Of a stretch of DNA of 64,000 nucleotides, positions 24,301 through 29,950 are shown piece after piece. The notes beneath the pieces were generated by a model. It was not told the DNA's origin and made no database searches. It saw only the letters and a program-made list of their open reading frames with translations. Both the position numbers and the translations under genes were made by a program. Where the stretch lies: contig OY761611.1 in assembly GCA_963664875.1 (NCBI GenBank), positions 3,232,001 through 3,296,000 on the forward strand, in the 5' to 3' direction. Each line of letters starts with the position of its first letter. The first letter of the stretch is position 1. This DNA is from Candidatus Kapaibacterium sp. Lineage in GTDB: Bacteria; Bacteroidota; Ignavibacteria; Kapaibacteriales; UBA2268.

Positions 24301-25187
24301 ACATAGGACCAATTGCCGGAGTTGGATTATTCCCTGCTGCTGCAAAAGATTCAGTAGTCATAGGTGGAGGCAACAACGGCGTAGGCAATCATGTTATCAG
24401 ACTGGATGCAAATTACGAACTTGGTGGTGTACTTGTAGGTACAGGTACTTCTAACACAGGTACTCTTGATATGAGTGAATTTGTCATTACAGGTACTACT
24501 TTTAATGTTAGTCCTAATTCGACTATTAACATCGGTTCGCCTGCGGGTATCAATGCAATAGGTACCGATATTGGTAATGTGCAGACTACTGATACAAGAT
24601 ATTTTGGCGGTCTCGGCAGTGAAATCAATATAGTTATGAATGCAACGCAAGATCAGGCTCTGGGTAATGCTTTCCCTGTAGAAGTTAGGGATTTGACTAT
24701 TGCAAATACCGGTGCTGATGGCAATAATACTGTGCTTTTTGACAAAAATATCAGAATAAATAATGATTTGAACCTAAACAGCGGCACTGCAGATTTGCAA
24801 AACTTTTCGCTAAACACTGCAAACACAGGCACTGTCAATATGCTAAACGGTTCATGGCTAAGACTTAATAGTACAAACGATTTGTCCGGCGTAATCAATG
24901 GATATGCTGCTTATAACTTAGAGCTTGGTTCTGTGGTAGAATTTTACGGAGACAATCAGGTTATATCCAATCTACCTGCTAATCTTACTAATGGTTTAGC
25001 AACTGTTTGGGTAAATTTAAGCGGCACGAAATTTGTTACTTCCTCATTGCTTATTAGGGGCGATTTGTATATTCAGAATAGTGCGACTTTGCAAAATGAC
25101 CCAACAGTAGATGCACTGCAGATAAACGGAGATGTTTACAATGCAGCGCTGATAAATAACGACGGTGTGATTCAAATTTGCAATTAA
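12399..25187 (+). CDS. Giant (4262 aa) secreted beta-helix/Ig-like repeat protein, putative adhesin
   Basis: Signal peptide (LQG|Q); Asn/Gly/Thr-rich beta-solenoid text; seven [F/Y]YS..G.W....W caps; recurring GHVDG.L, F.VG...YTP, RYW, GDWTAGE motifs; ends NDGVIQICN with no T9SS CTD or autotransporter barrel. Confidence 0.85.
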   Translation: MLKNKIIYIIIILLMPLGFLQGQSNLINLGNNAVVSVRDNALIKVNGNIVVSTGAALTETGDSRINVTGDLENNGTIDSDAGEISFVGAGDSEIKGSVSPNLNDVTLNKDNSTDNLFLDNNANLTGDLSVNSGIFQFVNTQARALDVDGSLSIAAAGQINVQSSFRTHNFNLAGNLTNNGILDFHVLNGNVTLTFDGSGNSIISGTGATTDFASIIVNKANPTDEVQVSPAGQNLTNFNAIDGFLTLTQGIFHFLGQGVLSFTNSFFTPSANLYYVPSGSGLWIENTGVTVSAQDASLVLGGLLRMNGGNFNVGAGSSERSIFYTDGSELHLEAGNIYISNALCRDLLQDNSAITFTMSGGDLSLGYNRAVVNTRAIFDIGYSNSTFNWSGGDITLPLNSGIFANGDFYVKTVNGTVTGGRLVIESATANDLLQQFSINSDMPIGELLMTTDNNPRVDLLDDLVVLGNVTLTNRAIRASSYSLTVGGQWINNSATPASFDYGSGNVIFNGSTDQTIGGSQSTDFNQLSANKTGGNLILNHDVNIASALRLVSNTILDMQSNDITIAQGADIFSDFSTNQDFSDTKYIMNSGGATGGRLIRNLQNNPTLPMSEFIIFPVGTPGAYTFAWVRLLSGTYNSNPGIIVRPIAQEHPQVKKNNVSLTKYWEISTFGNFSPGVEGTTLRFLYDQAEVQGSEGNYHIIKYLGGGWDFDPALSNNIDFGNNFIKPERFSNDISGDWTAGEEDAVAAKYYSIADGNFSDPNTWSRTSYGDLTPATTAPNSNTDLVFIGDGKTVTLTANTSAARRIQIDSTGTLMCNDYLVSSTVDTLLLKAGGGIGIGHSGSIALSANDGNVRAGYRFYSDDAMYIFTGNNNQSVRDIPARVSALVLNKTQNSNIVTLNKSIVIGDSLIINEGTLDQVNDSYFIDGEAPGKFFTMRGGTLILKDEFPTNYLPATMEGGTLDFFGISGINVPSNTSSPAVLRYNNLTFRGNRGYNKITFSPSGQINIAGNLSITGATFSNFPETWIATNGSTIAFIGDGNQNIPRLSGLNNQWGRLNYYNLVIGGTGVKTINDNIDYVVTNNLTINSATLRMANGGNELEVYGNWLNTGGGFDYGSNQTVIFKTISGDENTIAPNNVPFYRVEIDGAGTARFIDEMTVENEIQINSGATFAGGNAATLHVLGLWDNNGNQFSPGNSTVSFDGNAAQIIDIANSTEEKFYNLTINSGNNVGAFTNGTPTANRLWVENNLHLERGYLYLPNSDDYIRVDGNATRNATNNSSAFVHGNYRQYIERDAATYFIPVGYEAGTDAFTGIELEMTGTGGTEGYLNIYTDNVAANSPRFNEIDRKWEITIPTGSTFDLGVRNYDVIFNFHPNDAVGFNTAVFETRRRTDGINWIAPNTGVRTATSTESLNNNTLAAIGGVTEFIVGESSYSIFYSVNNGNWSNPATWSTVGWGGAPEAVVTPLSTDSIRIADGYTVTLDVNFTIDIDKAVVVETAGLTNTPGKLELGTNQINGTGAFVVKSGGILGIGDANGVTAASASGNIRTSIRDYNYNNANKSYFVYNGNVAQVTGDGIPDVVGGLVANSSVGVTLSKAVAVADSFLIQSNYLDASASNYKLTIGANWINQGTFVPRAGTVEFNGSVGKEITNTNIETFYNLIINKASGNVTITDNSVTVTNNLTFTKGNLDARTYSQFVTIDNGATVNRTSGHVDGELRKYLATGDLPVATYEVGFGTDYTPVVIDVNGTGGTAGFAGVISNDGDHPQFLTAALNPSKNVQRYWSVNTYGFDLGAGRTYDITLNYLYPDDIRGGADPNLFEVRRYNLGWNIPTTGIRTNSSTQGTGITDFGIDFMVGEPGGSGRVFYSIASGAWNTVGNWSEIGYGGVASANFPDLNTDIVFIGDNKYIDLDASRQLTALTVENGGKINFSTNVITGTQFTLKKDGIIEVASASGITNATAAGNVQTSIRNYNHSNHNSARIIYSGNAATTGDGIPTALADVIFNTSGTILLEKDITVSDSVLISSGTLSANNFDITLSGNFVNNSGFVPTASSLMFEGGNTQYLTGSSASDLNILELNKSAGNLNLGNDITIASNINFTSNTKIILNQNDITIAPNALILGTSLGSNQMIVADGTLTSGRIIKLFADGIAATRNIDIPLGIGNAYYGVEIDLVADFSSAQMDIRVINGKHPNRRAGYENVLNKYWTINTSGISNIQEVAGTNYKFNYLPSDVNGTAALYGAARYTGFGWDIDLGATSSATPSPIDIKQYQTLNGEWTAGYPNSFRSGQIYYSIGTGDWDNNLVWSNVSHSGDASRFYPGRLENDTVYIASNDLIYYNVSSSTIGILSIGDGSQGRLDFNDSQDQSLRIKEDFIVGTSGQMEQYSSGNRRDTIYIEGNITNNSTTLVNFDHGGSDYTILKIVGTGNTIVSGTGNWNFYDVYLNKTGGLADTLINQSSGFTNQLDSDIDNGRFFYLQSGVFRHDINLSLRLDDNNITNDQNTWPDPDPLDFRMGDNAGIDVKQGTIRIWDDLHAGTNNSFLIDGGSLLVGNGNNENFVYGLNNKFEIRSGTFTVPACFTPIVDPTTYEPQGTLDMIIAGGTITVMDIYSNQTRNIYGFGLLQSSSLTWTGGTLIYSNPTNGGFDYVVKTGTWSVTGGTLQFGEPGNWLGAGQRHSWGSVTPVYNLVINECRQSSTGNYSSCILVENDNNVLNDVIIESNGVLDLDGNNLFVQGNFINNGRFTTDGREWNSGGTKTVTLNGTGDQIFQNANNYVNAQSSSSMNNEPFYNLVIDKPSGNVILGDYANSYLNIRNTLIFAENNTAVIEARTNSHYVAMTPRSSSGDLEEVTRLGLGHVDGTLIRNFYNGSVDYRYFYVGAGDDYTPAEVEFNGSFTSGPIDVTAFGTDPAGLPDNDEDIDLTRNIQRYWSVEDNGSFNLGSADFDLTLHFINPTDFRNSSNWTLYKHFRFPLPPGPAPVNYVQLDNVVRTDTTTKSLANTIFGNYMIAELTGTRFYSIANGAWDDPATWSKAGYGGVQETIDYPNDTGDEAYIGDGFTVTLSNLVPNIKSTVVETHNGKPGYLQIADDAWVTGQSFVLKDSCYLATQHNTGLQPVGINDGSVRTVERIFGVGHYIFNSDVDFQVTGNALPDFMLSFTVNNTAPSIGFRVVTNNNSNEITIFDSLNVVSGMLDAGSGIEAFSIRGGMYFGAMSDLRTNTRVFDIEGNRTQYITLDKDDSIRFRQLNIYKTSAPDSVIVSALGDDSHIRVTNRLRFGGGNRAFIKVLNDSRIVINEGASLERLGATPFGHIDGYLSKPIAAAAVNQQFEIGYGLSYAPATILLDAGTTGGTYGFLNARNIMPVPDEPFYGNRMDPNVRVPRYWNIIADPDNGMLMGDRELNIRFEMPLAEAALINQNNGVIRRRSIPTEVPEWQDRREIDLVWSLTTVGTVELKSNPTQSWPGFGDFFIGEKAARIFYSQGTGVWNDHNSWAFDAAGTIPVPAGEFPNPDWDSPELFEFEYRDSVVIQNTDVITLNTQPQLAYVDFKDDGKLVISPNTFLSQSVRGESTFNMGDNFTLELRTPDGIEPYTDGGAGDGVVRFENRTFEPTVNFGFAGNGSHYFGSAFPDVVNNIYVDSEGDATSITAIAPKDVSINGSLDLISGNLRPRDASSALHFAGDITLAAGTSFDATLDYLNNPVTTTNYIEGSGATNQTISGDGFLVFSNLEMNRGAGTGLLYADKSLEIAGVLDMRSGTNANPQIFEIGNNGNVSVSSANPNAIVDFGANNYIRTSETSGSLCREITTGETYVFPLGSLDAGSSNYTPANLISGVSGNNGQVCVRTSRGAHATLAGGHSELPVERTEDYLARYWAVTGVTTDISGRWNFNYDNSDIRTDEANIVSIGRWSNPFETTPGSWLAVSGTVSFASNIFDTDIEIPSTDFAGDWTAANEGAFRSIFYSRQSGLWSNENSWTYAKDHIGPIAGVGLFPAAAKDSVVIGGGNNGVGNHVIRLDANYELGGVLVGTGTSNTGTLDMSEFVITGTTFNVSPNSTINIGSPAGINAIGTDIGNVQTTDTRYFGGLGSEINIVMNATQDQALGNAFPVEVRDLTIANTGADGNNTVLFDKNIRINNDLNLNSGTADLQNFSLNTANTGTVNMLNGSWLRLNSTNDLSGVINGYAAYNLELGSVVEFYGDNQVISNLPANLTNGLATVWVNLSGTKFVTSSLLIRGDLYIQNSATLQNDPTVDALQINGDVYNAALINNDGVIQICN
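14646..24290 (+). repeat. Seven diverged protein-level modules (about 425-720 aa) in the giant gene
   Basis: [F/Y]YS-x3-G-x-W-x5-W caps begin at about 14646, 16701, 17985, 19260, 21420, 22800 and 24240 (first W is F in the 14646 copy). DNA identity between modules is low. Confidence 0.8.
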
Positions 25188-25310
25188 ATAGTATAACAAT
25201 GACTAAGATATGATTTAAAGATATTAAGATATACAATAAACTAACAATACGTACTTTTGACAAGAGTCTGTATTATTACTGTAAGTATTTGAAATCAAAA
25301 GGATTAGAAA

Positions 25311-25355
25311 TAAGTAGAACTACTGAATTTTAAATAGAAAACTATCGTTACATTG
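25311..25355 (+). promoter_or_regulatory. Putative internal promoter/operator: TAAGTA-N4-TACTGA plus TACATTG
   Basis: Imperfect copy of the 10699 palindrome, with a -7-like box 38 nt downstream of its start (39 nt at the first site). Confidence 0.45.
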
Positions 25356-25407
25356 TATTACGTATAAAAACCGAAGTTGACTAATTTTACGTATATATTC
25401 AATAAAT

Positions 25408-25414
25408 AGGGAGA
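25408..25414 (+). promoter_or_regulatory. Shine-Dalgarno-like RBS (AGGGAGA)
   Basis: 6 nt upstream of ATG 25421. Confidence 0.6.
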
Positions 25415-25420
25415 TATCCT

Positions 25421-27709
25421 ATGAAATTTTTTACAAAAAACTGGCGAAGGTACAGTGCTATAGCTGCTTTAGCACTTGGTCTTCTCGTAGTTGACGGCCA
25501 GTCTCAGACTTTGAAAAATCAAAGTACTGGTCGTATCGTTAATAATGGTTCAATCAAGTTTACTTGTGAGGCAGGTCAATTCCAAAATGCAGCAGATCCT
25601 ACAGTTGCTACCACTTTGGTAAACAATGGTACAATTGAATTTGAAGAAAATGCATCTGCAACAGGTAAATTACAATTTACAGATTTGACCGGTGCAGCTG
25701 CAGGCAATTCTTTTGGATTGGCACCTACAAGCAGAGTACCCGGTACTGTTATTTTCAATGGTGGTGGTGCTCAGGTAATTCAGTCAGACTTATACTTAAC
25801 CAACTTAGATTTAGGTGGTTCAGGAAATAAGACTTATGATGGCGACATCTATGTTGCAGGAGCTTATACTGTTACTACAGGTACCCCTGTTTACGCCAAT
25901 GCAGGCGGAAGCGGTGGCGGAATGACTTTCTATTATGATGGTGCTACTGATCAGACTATCTATGCAACTGCCGGCGGACACACATACTATAACTTAGGTT
26001 TCTTAGATGCGGGTGTTAAAACTTTAGCCGGTGCTACGCTTGCTACTACAACAAATGACGCAACAATTGGTGGTACTCCTAGTACTCGTGCTTCCGGAAA
26101 TGTTATAATCGATGGTCAGTTAACAGTCAACCATTCTTTACTTCAAGAAGCAGGTGCAGGTAACTTGATTATTGATAATATCACAGATGCAAACACAGGT
26201 ACTGTTCTATTAGCAGGTACTAATGCAGGAACAGGTAACTCACTATTAGAAGCAACTACCAATATCGGAAATGGTGGTGTTTTGAGAACTACAGGTGACG
26301 GTGTTTTGACTGTAGCAACCGGAGCTAATTTGAATGTTAATGCCGGTACATTTAACTTAAATGCAGGTAATGCTGATATTGACGGTACTTTAGCTGCTGC
26401 TGCTACTGCAGGTGTCATTGATGTAGATCAATCAAGAACTTTAACAATATCCGGTACATTTACAAATGCAGGTGATGGCACAAACTTACTGTTTGCTGAT
26501 GAAACAGTAGCAGGTGATGGACTTGCTTCTACAGTAATTTATGATGGCGGTGCGGCTCAAGCTGTTGTTACTACTATCGCATCTAATCCTTATGCTAACT
26601 TGCAGGTAATAAATGCTGGTGCTAAAGTTCCGGGTGGAAATATTTATGTAGCTAACGACTGGACTCTTGGCGATGCTGACTTTGCAATGGGTGCTAACAC
26701 TTTATTTATGACAGATAATGCTGCAACAGCAACATACAATACCGATCACGAGGTTACAGGTCGTATGAATCGTACTATGGGTGTTGGTGGTCCTTTGACA
26801 TTCAACAACTCATCTACAACTGTAGCTGTTACTGCTAATACTGCAAGCTTGACTGACTTGACATTAAATGTTCAACCGGGAGGCTATTCAACAGACGCAA
26901 CTTATTCTGCGCATTATGATGGTACAACTGACGTTGACCGTTTGATTACTTATGATTATTCTCAAACAGCTGCAGACTGGGTAGCTATATTTGAATTTGG
27001 TTACAAGAAAGCTGAAGAACCTGCTTACGCTCCAAATCCAGCTGGTGGTAACTACGACCACACTTCTCTTCGCTTCCGTGAGTTGACAGCTGCTGATGTT
27101 TCTGAAAAAGTTGCAACAGGTTCTGCTACTGGTGACGATTATGCTGCTGCAGTCTTTGCTTCCAGATCATTGCCGGGCATCCAACCGGGTACTGCAACAT
27201 TAGCCCAGATTGATGATCCTGCTCCGTTATTCCTACGTGGCGGTCCAACAACTTTCATCTCTATCACAGATGGTCGTTGGTCTAACCCTAATACTTGGGA
27301 TGAAGGTGCTGAACCTGGACCAGGTGACTTTACAATCATCGCTACAGGTACTCAGGTACACGCAGGTGGTATAGGTTCCGGTGGACGTGACCCTTTTGCA
27401 GGCGATGAAACATACCCTGATGAATTAACAGCTGGCTGTACAGTTCAGACAGGAGCTGCTTTGATCTTTGGTAATAATATCAATCAGAATTTTGCTTTAA
27501 GTACAGGTGCTTCTATGACAATCGAATCAGGTGCAGATGCTGATCCAAATCAGGCAACATTTGCAACATTCTTGTCTTCAACACCTGCATCTTATACTGG
27601 TAGAGGTTTGTTCATCTATGAAGGTACAAACCCAACTGTTTTAAAAACTCCATTATTTGATAACGCCGGTTTATTCTATAACGACGGCGAACTTCAAGTG
27701 TGCGACTAA
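25421..27709 (+). CDS. Secreted 762-aa single-module beta-helix/Ig protein, putative major filament subunit
   Basis: Signal peptide (GQS|Q), Ala/Gly/Thr-rich, one FISITDGRWSNPNTW cap near the C-terminus, ends NDGELQVCD; GGT/GCT/ACT-rich codons. No CTD. Confidence 0.75.
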   Translation: MKFFTKNWRRYSAIAALALGLLVVDGQSQTLKNQSTGRIVNNGSIKFTCEAGQFQNAADPTVATTLVNNGTIEFEENASATGKLQFTDLTGAAAGNSFGLAPTSRVPGTVIFNGGGAQVIQSDLYLTNLDLGGSGNKTYDGDIYVAGAYTVTTGTPVYANAGGSGGGMTFYYDGATDQTIYATAGGHTYYNLGFLDAGVKTLAGATLATTTNDATIGGTPSTRASGNVIIDGQLTVNHSLLQEAGAGNLIIDNITDANTGTVLLAGTNAGTGNSLLEATTNIGNGGVLRTTGDGVLTVATGANLNVNAGTFNLNAGNADIDGTLAAAATAGVIDVDQSRTLTISGTFTNAGDGTNLLFADETVAGDGLASTVIYDGGAAQAVVTTIASNPYANLQVINAGAKVPGGNIYVANDWTLGDADFAMGANTLFMTDNAATATYNTDHEVTGRMNRTMGVGGPLTFNNSSTTVAVTANTASLTDLTLNVQPGGYSTDATYSAHYDGTTDVDRLITYDYSQTAADWVAIFEFGYKKAEEPAYAPNPAGGNYDHTSLRFRELTAADVSEKVATGSATGDDYAAAVFASRSLPGIQPGTATLAQIDDPAPLFLRGGPTTFISITDGRWSNPNTWDEGAEPGPGDFTIIATGTQVHAGGIGSGGRDPFAGDETYPDELTAGCTVQTGAALIFGNNINQNFALSTGASMTIESGADADPNQATFATFLSSTPASYTGRGLFIYEGTNPTVLKTPLFDNAGLFYNDGELQVCD

Positions 27710-27716
27710 TATATTT

Positions 27717-27752
27717 TATAAAGAGGCAAGCCTATCGGCTTGTCTCTTTATA
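27717..27752 (+). terminator. Strong stem-loop after the 762-aa gene (terminator or mRNA stabiliser)
   Basis: 16-bp stem TATAAAGAGGCAAGCC-tatc-GGCTTGTCTCTTTATA with one G-U pair; weak U tract. Confidence 0.7.
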
Positions 27753-27811
27753 TATAATACAAAATATTCATGATTTAAGAACTTTAAAAATATACCAAAA
27801 ATATAGTAAAA

Positions 27812-29911
27812 ATGACTACCCGAATATACATATTGATTTTGATGTTTGTAATGCTTTTTGGCTCTGTTGATGCACAGAGACTTAAAAGCACGGGTACGAT
27901 ACGTAATAACGGAAAAGGCAAGATTAAAGTAGAAGGTGCTCTCCAATCTAAAGATAATGGGGCTGTCATAGAGAACGAAGGCAAAATCATCATAGAGGGC
28001 AATGCTGAAATCAATCAGGACACTCTTGGTGGGTATGTCGAATATAATTGGAATGAAAATGTAGCTTATCAGTATGTACCGTCTTTGCATTATAAAAATG
28101 TGCATTTTTACGGTACAACTAAGAAACTACTGGATACCACCTACAAGAGAAATTTTGTAGCTATGGATACATTTTTTGTGAATAATGATGTGGAGATTCG
28201 TACTGATTCTTCGCATTATATCTATACTCAAGGCAGAGTAACACACAACGGATACATCAATAAAACAAGTCTGAAAGGTAAGCTGATTTACAAAGGCGAC
28301 GAAGTTCAAAATGTGGATGGTAAAGGCGAATACAAAGAGCTTGTTTTAGATAACCCCACATCCGCCAAGGTTATAAATGAGGGTGGCTTTAAAGTGGTTA
28401 CCTCTCTCGAATTGAAACAAGGTGAATTCCAAAATACAGATTCTACTAATTTCATTATGGGCAATAAAAGCAATCTTATCCGACATGTCGGTGCTTCTAT
28501 CGCTTATGAGCCGCAATTAGAAGGGCAACTTTCTGTAACGTACAAAGGTCAGGGCTCGCTTATCACTGGTGCCGAAATACCGAAAGGTACAAACGACCTT
28601 GCAAATCTGGAAATAAGTAATACGGATACTTTGTTTTTAGATAGAAATGTGGATGTGAATGACTCTCTATGGGTCAATGCTAATGTTGTAACAAACGATG
28701 ATACGCTTTCTCTCAGAAACAGAGTTAATCCGTTTTATGGTGCTTCTCCTGATTTAGAGATAGCAGGTAATTTCAGAAGAACTGTCATTGAAGTTGGTGA
28801 CACAATCCTTCTCAATAACAAATACACCTTTGCATTGTTTGAGTCTTTAGAAGACAAAGGCGATGTGGCTGAACTTACATTCCATATTTTACCATTAACT
28901 CAGCCTGATAACGGCAAAAAAAAGGTTAGTAGGCGTATAAATATTTCCGGTAGAGATTTAGCCGGAAATGAAATAGCAGACAAATTTAAAATGCAGTTCC
29001 GTTATGCATGGAGACATGCTCCGGGCGAAGATTATGATGAAACAAATAATCTAAAAGTAAGCGAACTTGTGCTTCAGAGGTGGAAAGATAATAACTGGAT
29101 TAATTTCCAATCCGACGAGCCTTTTATTTTGTCTGATGAATCTTGGGCTTATGGCTTTAGCAGTGTAGTAAATTCTACAGGTGTATTTGCCATAGGCGGG
29201 CCGGACTTCGAGTTGCTTGTTTTCAGAGCTAAAGTAATGCTGGAAGGTGCTTACCGCACCGGTAAATTTGCAACAATGGCTATGGATTTGAATAAGCGAA
29301 ACGAGATTCCATTGACTCCTCCGTCAAATTCTTATCCTTACAATTTAGATCCAAAACTTCCGACCTTGTCAGCAATTCCTGATTCTGTAGTGGACTGGGT
29401 TGTGCTCGAATTTAGAAAAGAAAAAGTAAATGCTGCAGAAAGATTTTTCAAAACTGCGTTTATCCGTTATGACGGTAGTATAGTCGGCATAGACGGCAAA
29501 AACGATATAGTGTTTGATTATGCAGATGGCATAGATTCCGGTGGCGGAGATTATTATGTATTTATTCGTCATAGAAATCACTTAATGCTTAGGTCTAAAA
29601 ATCCGTTACCGATTTACCCTGACAGCAATAACGTACTTTATGATTTCACTTCTAACAGTGATTTGATAGAGGGCGGTGTGCAGTCACTCAAACTGCTTGA
29701 TATTGACAAAGACGGCAATAGACTTTTTGGTTTGCGGGGTGGGTATAAGTTTGACCAAGTCGAAGACGATTTTAGATTCACATTAGATCCGGACAGATTG
29801 GCTGCCTATAAAGAATTTACTCTAATCGGTTATCTTTGGGGCGATTACAATATGGACGGTATAGTAAACACTAAAGATTTTAATATTAGCTGGAATAATA
29901 GACTCAAATAG
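27812..29911 (+). CDS. Secreted beta-helix/Ig protein with VMLEGAY..VVDWV..HRNHL domain and C-terminal dockerin-like EF-hand
   Basis: Signal peptide (VDA|Q); N-terminal two thirds align by eye with the 762-aa protein; ends GDYNMDGIVNTKDFNISWNNRLK. Confidence 0.75.
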   Translation: MTTRIYILILMFVMLFGSVDAQRLKSTGTIRNNGKGKIKVEGALQSKDNGAVIENEGKIIIEGNAEINQDTLGGYVEYNWNENVAYQYVPSLHYKNVHFYGTTKKLLDTTYKRNFVAMDTFFVNNDVEIRTDSSHYIYTQGRVTHNGYINKTSLKGKLIYKGDEVQNVDGKGEYKELVLDNPTSAKVINEGGFKVVTSLELKQGEFQNTDSTNFIMGNKSNLIRHVGASIAYEPQLEGQLSVTYKGQGSLITGAEIPKGTNDLANLEISNTDTLFLDRNVDVNDSLWVNANVVTNDDTLSLRNRVNPFYGASPDLEIAGNFRRTVIEVGDTILLNNKYTFALFESLEDKGDVAELTFHILPLTQPDNGKKKVSRRINISGRDLAGNEIADKFKMQFRYAWRHAPGEDYDETNNLKVSELVLQRWKDNNWINFQSDEPFILSDESWAYGFSSVVNSTGVFAIGGPDFELLVFRAKVMLEGAYRTGKFATMAMDLNKRNEIPLTPPSNSYPYNLDPKLPTLSAIPDSVVDWVVLEFRKEKVNAAERFFKTAFIRYDGSIVGIDGKNDIVFDYADGIDSGGGDYYVFIRHRNHLMLRSKNPLPIYPDSNNVLYDFTSNSDLIEGGVQSLKLLDIDKDGNRLFGLRGGYKFDQVEDDFRFTLDPDRLAAYKEFTLIGYLWGDYNMDGIVNTKDFNISWNNRLK

Positions 29912-29950
29912 AAAAATGAAGCTACAATATCTATTGAGTAATATAATGAA

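Noticed and set aside
12399-25187. Autotransporter, TpsA or RTX assignment for the giant protein
   Set aside because: No C-terminal barrel ending in an aromatic residue, no adjacent TpsB or T1SS genes, and no GGxGxD nonapeptide repeats.
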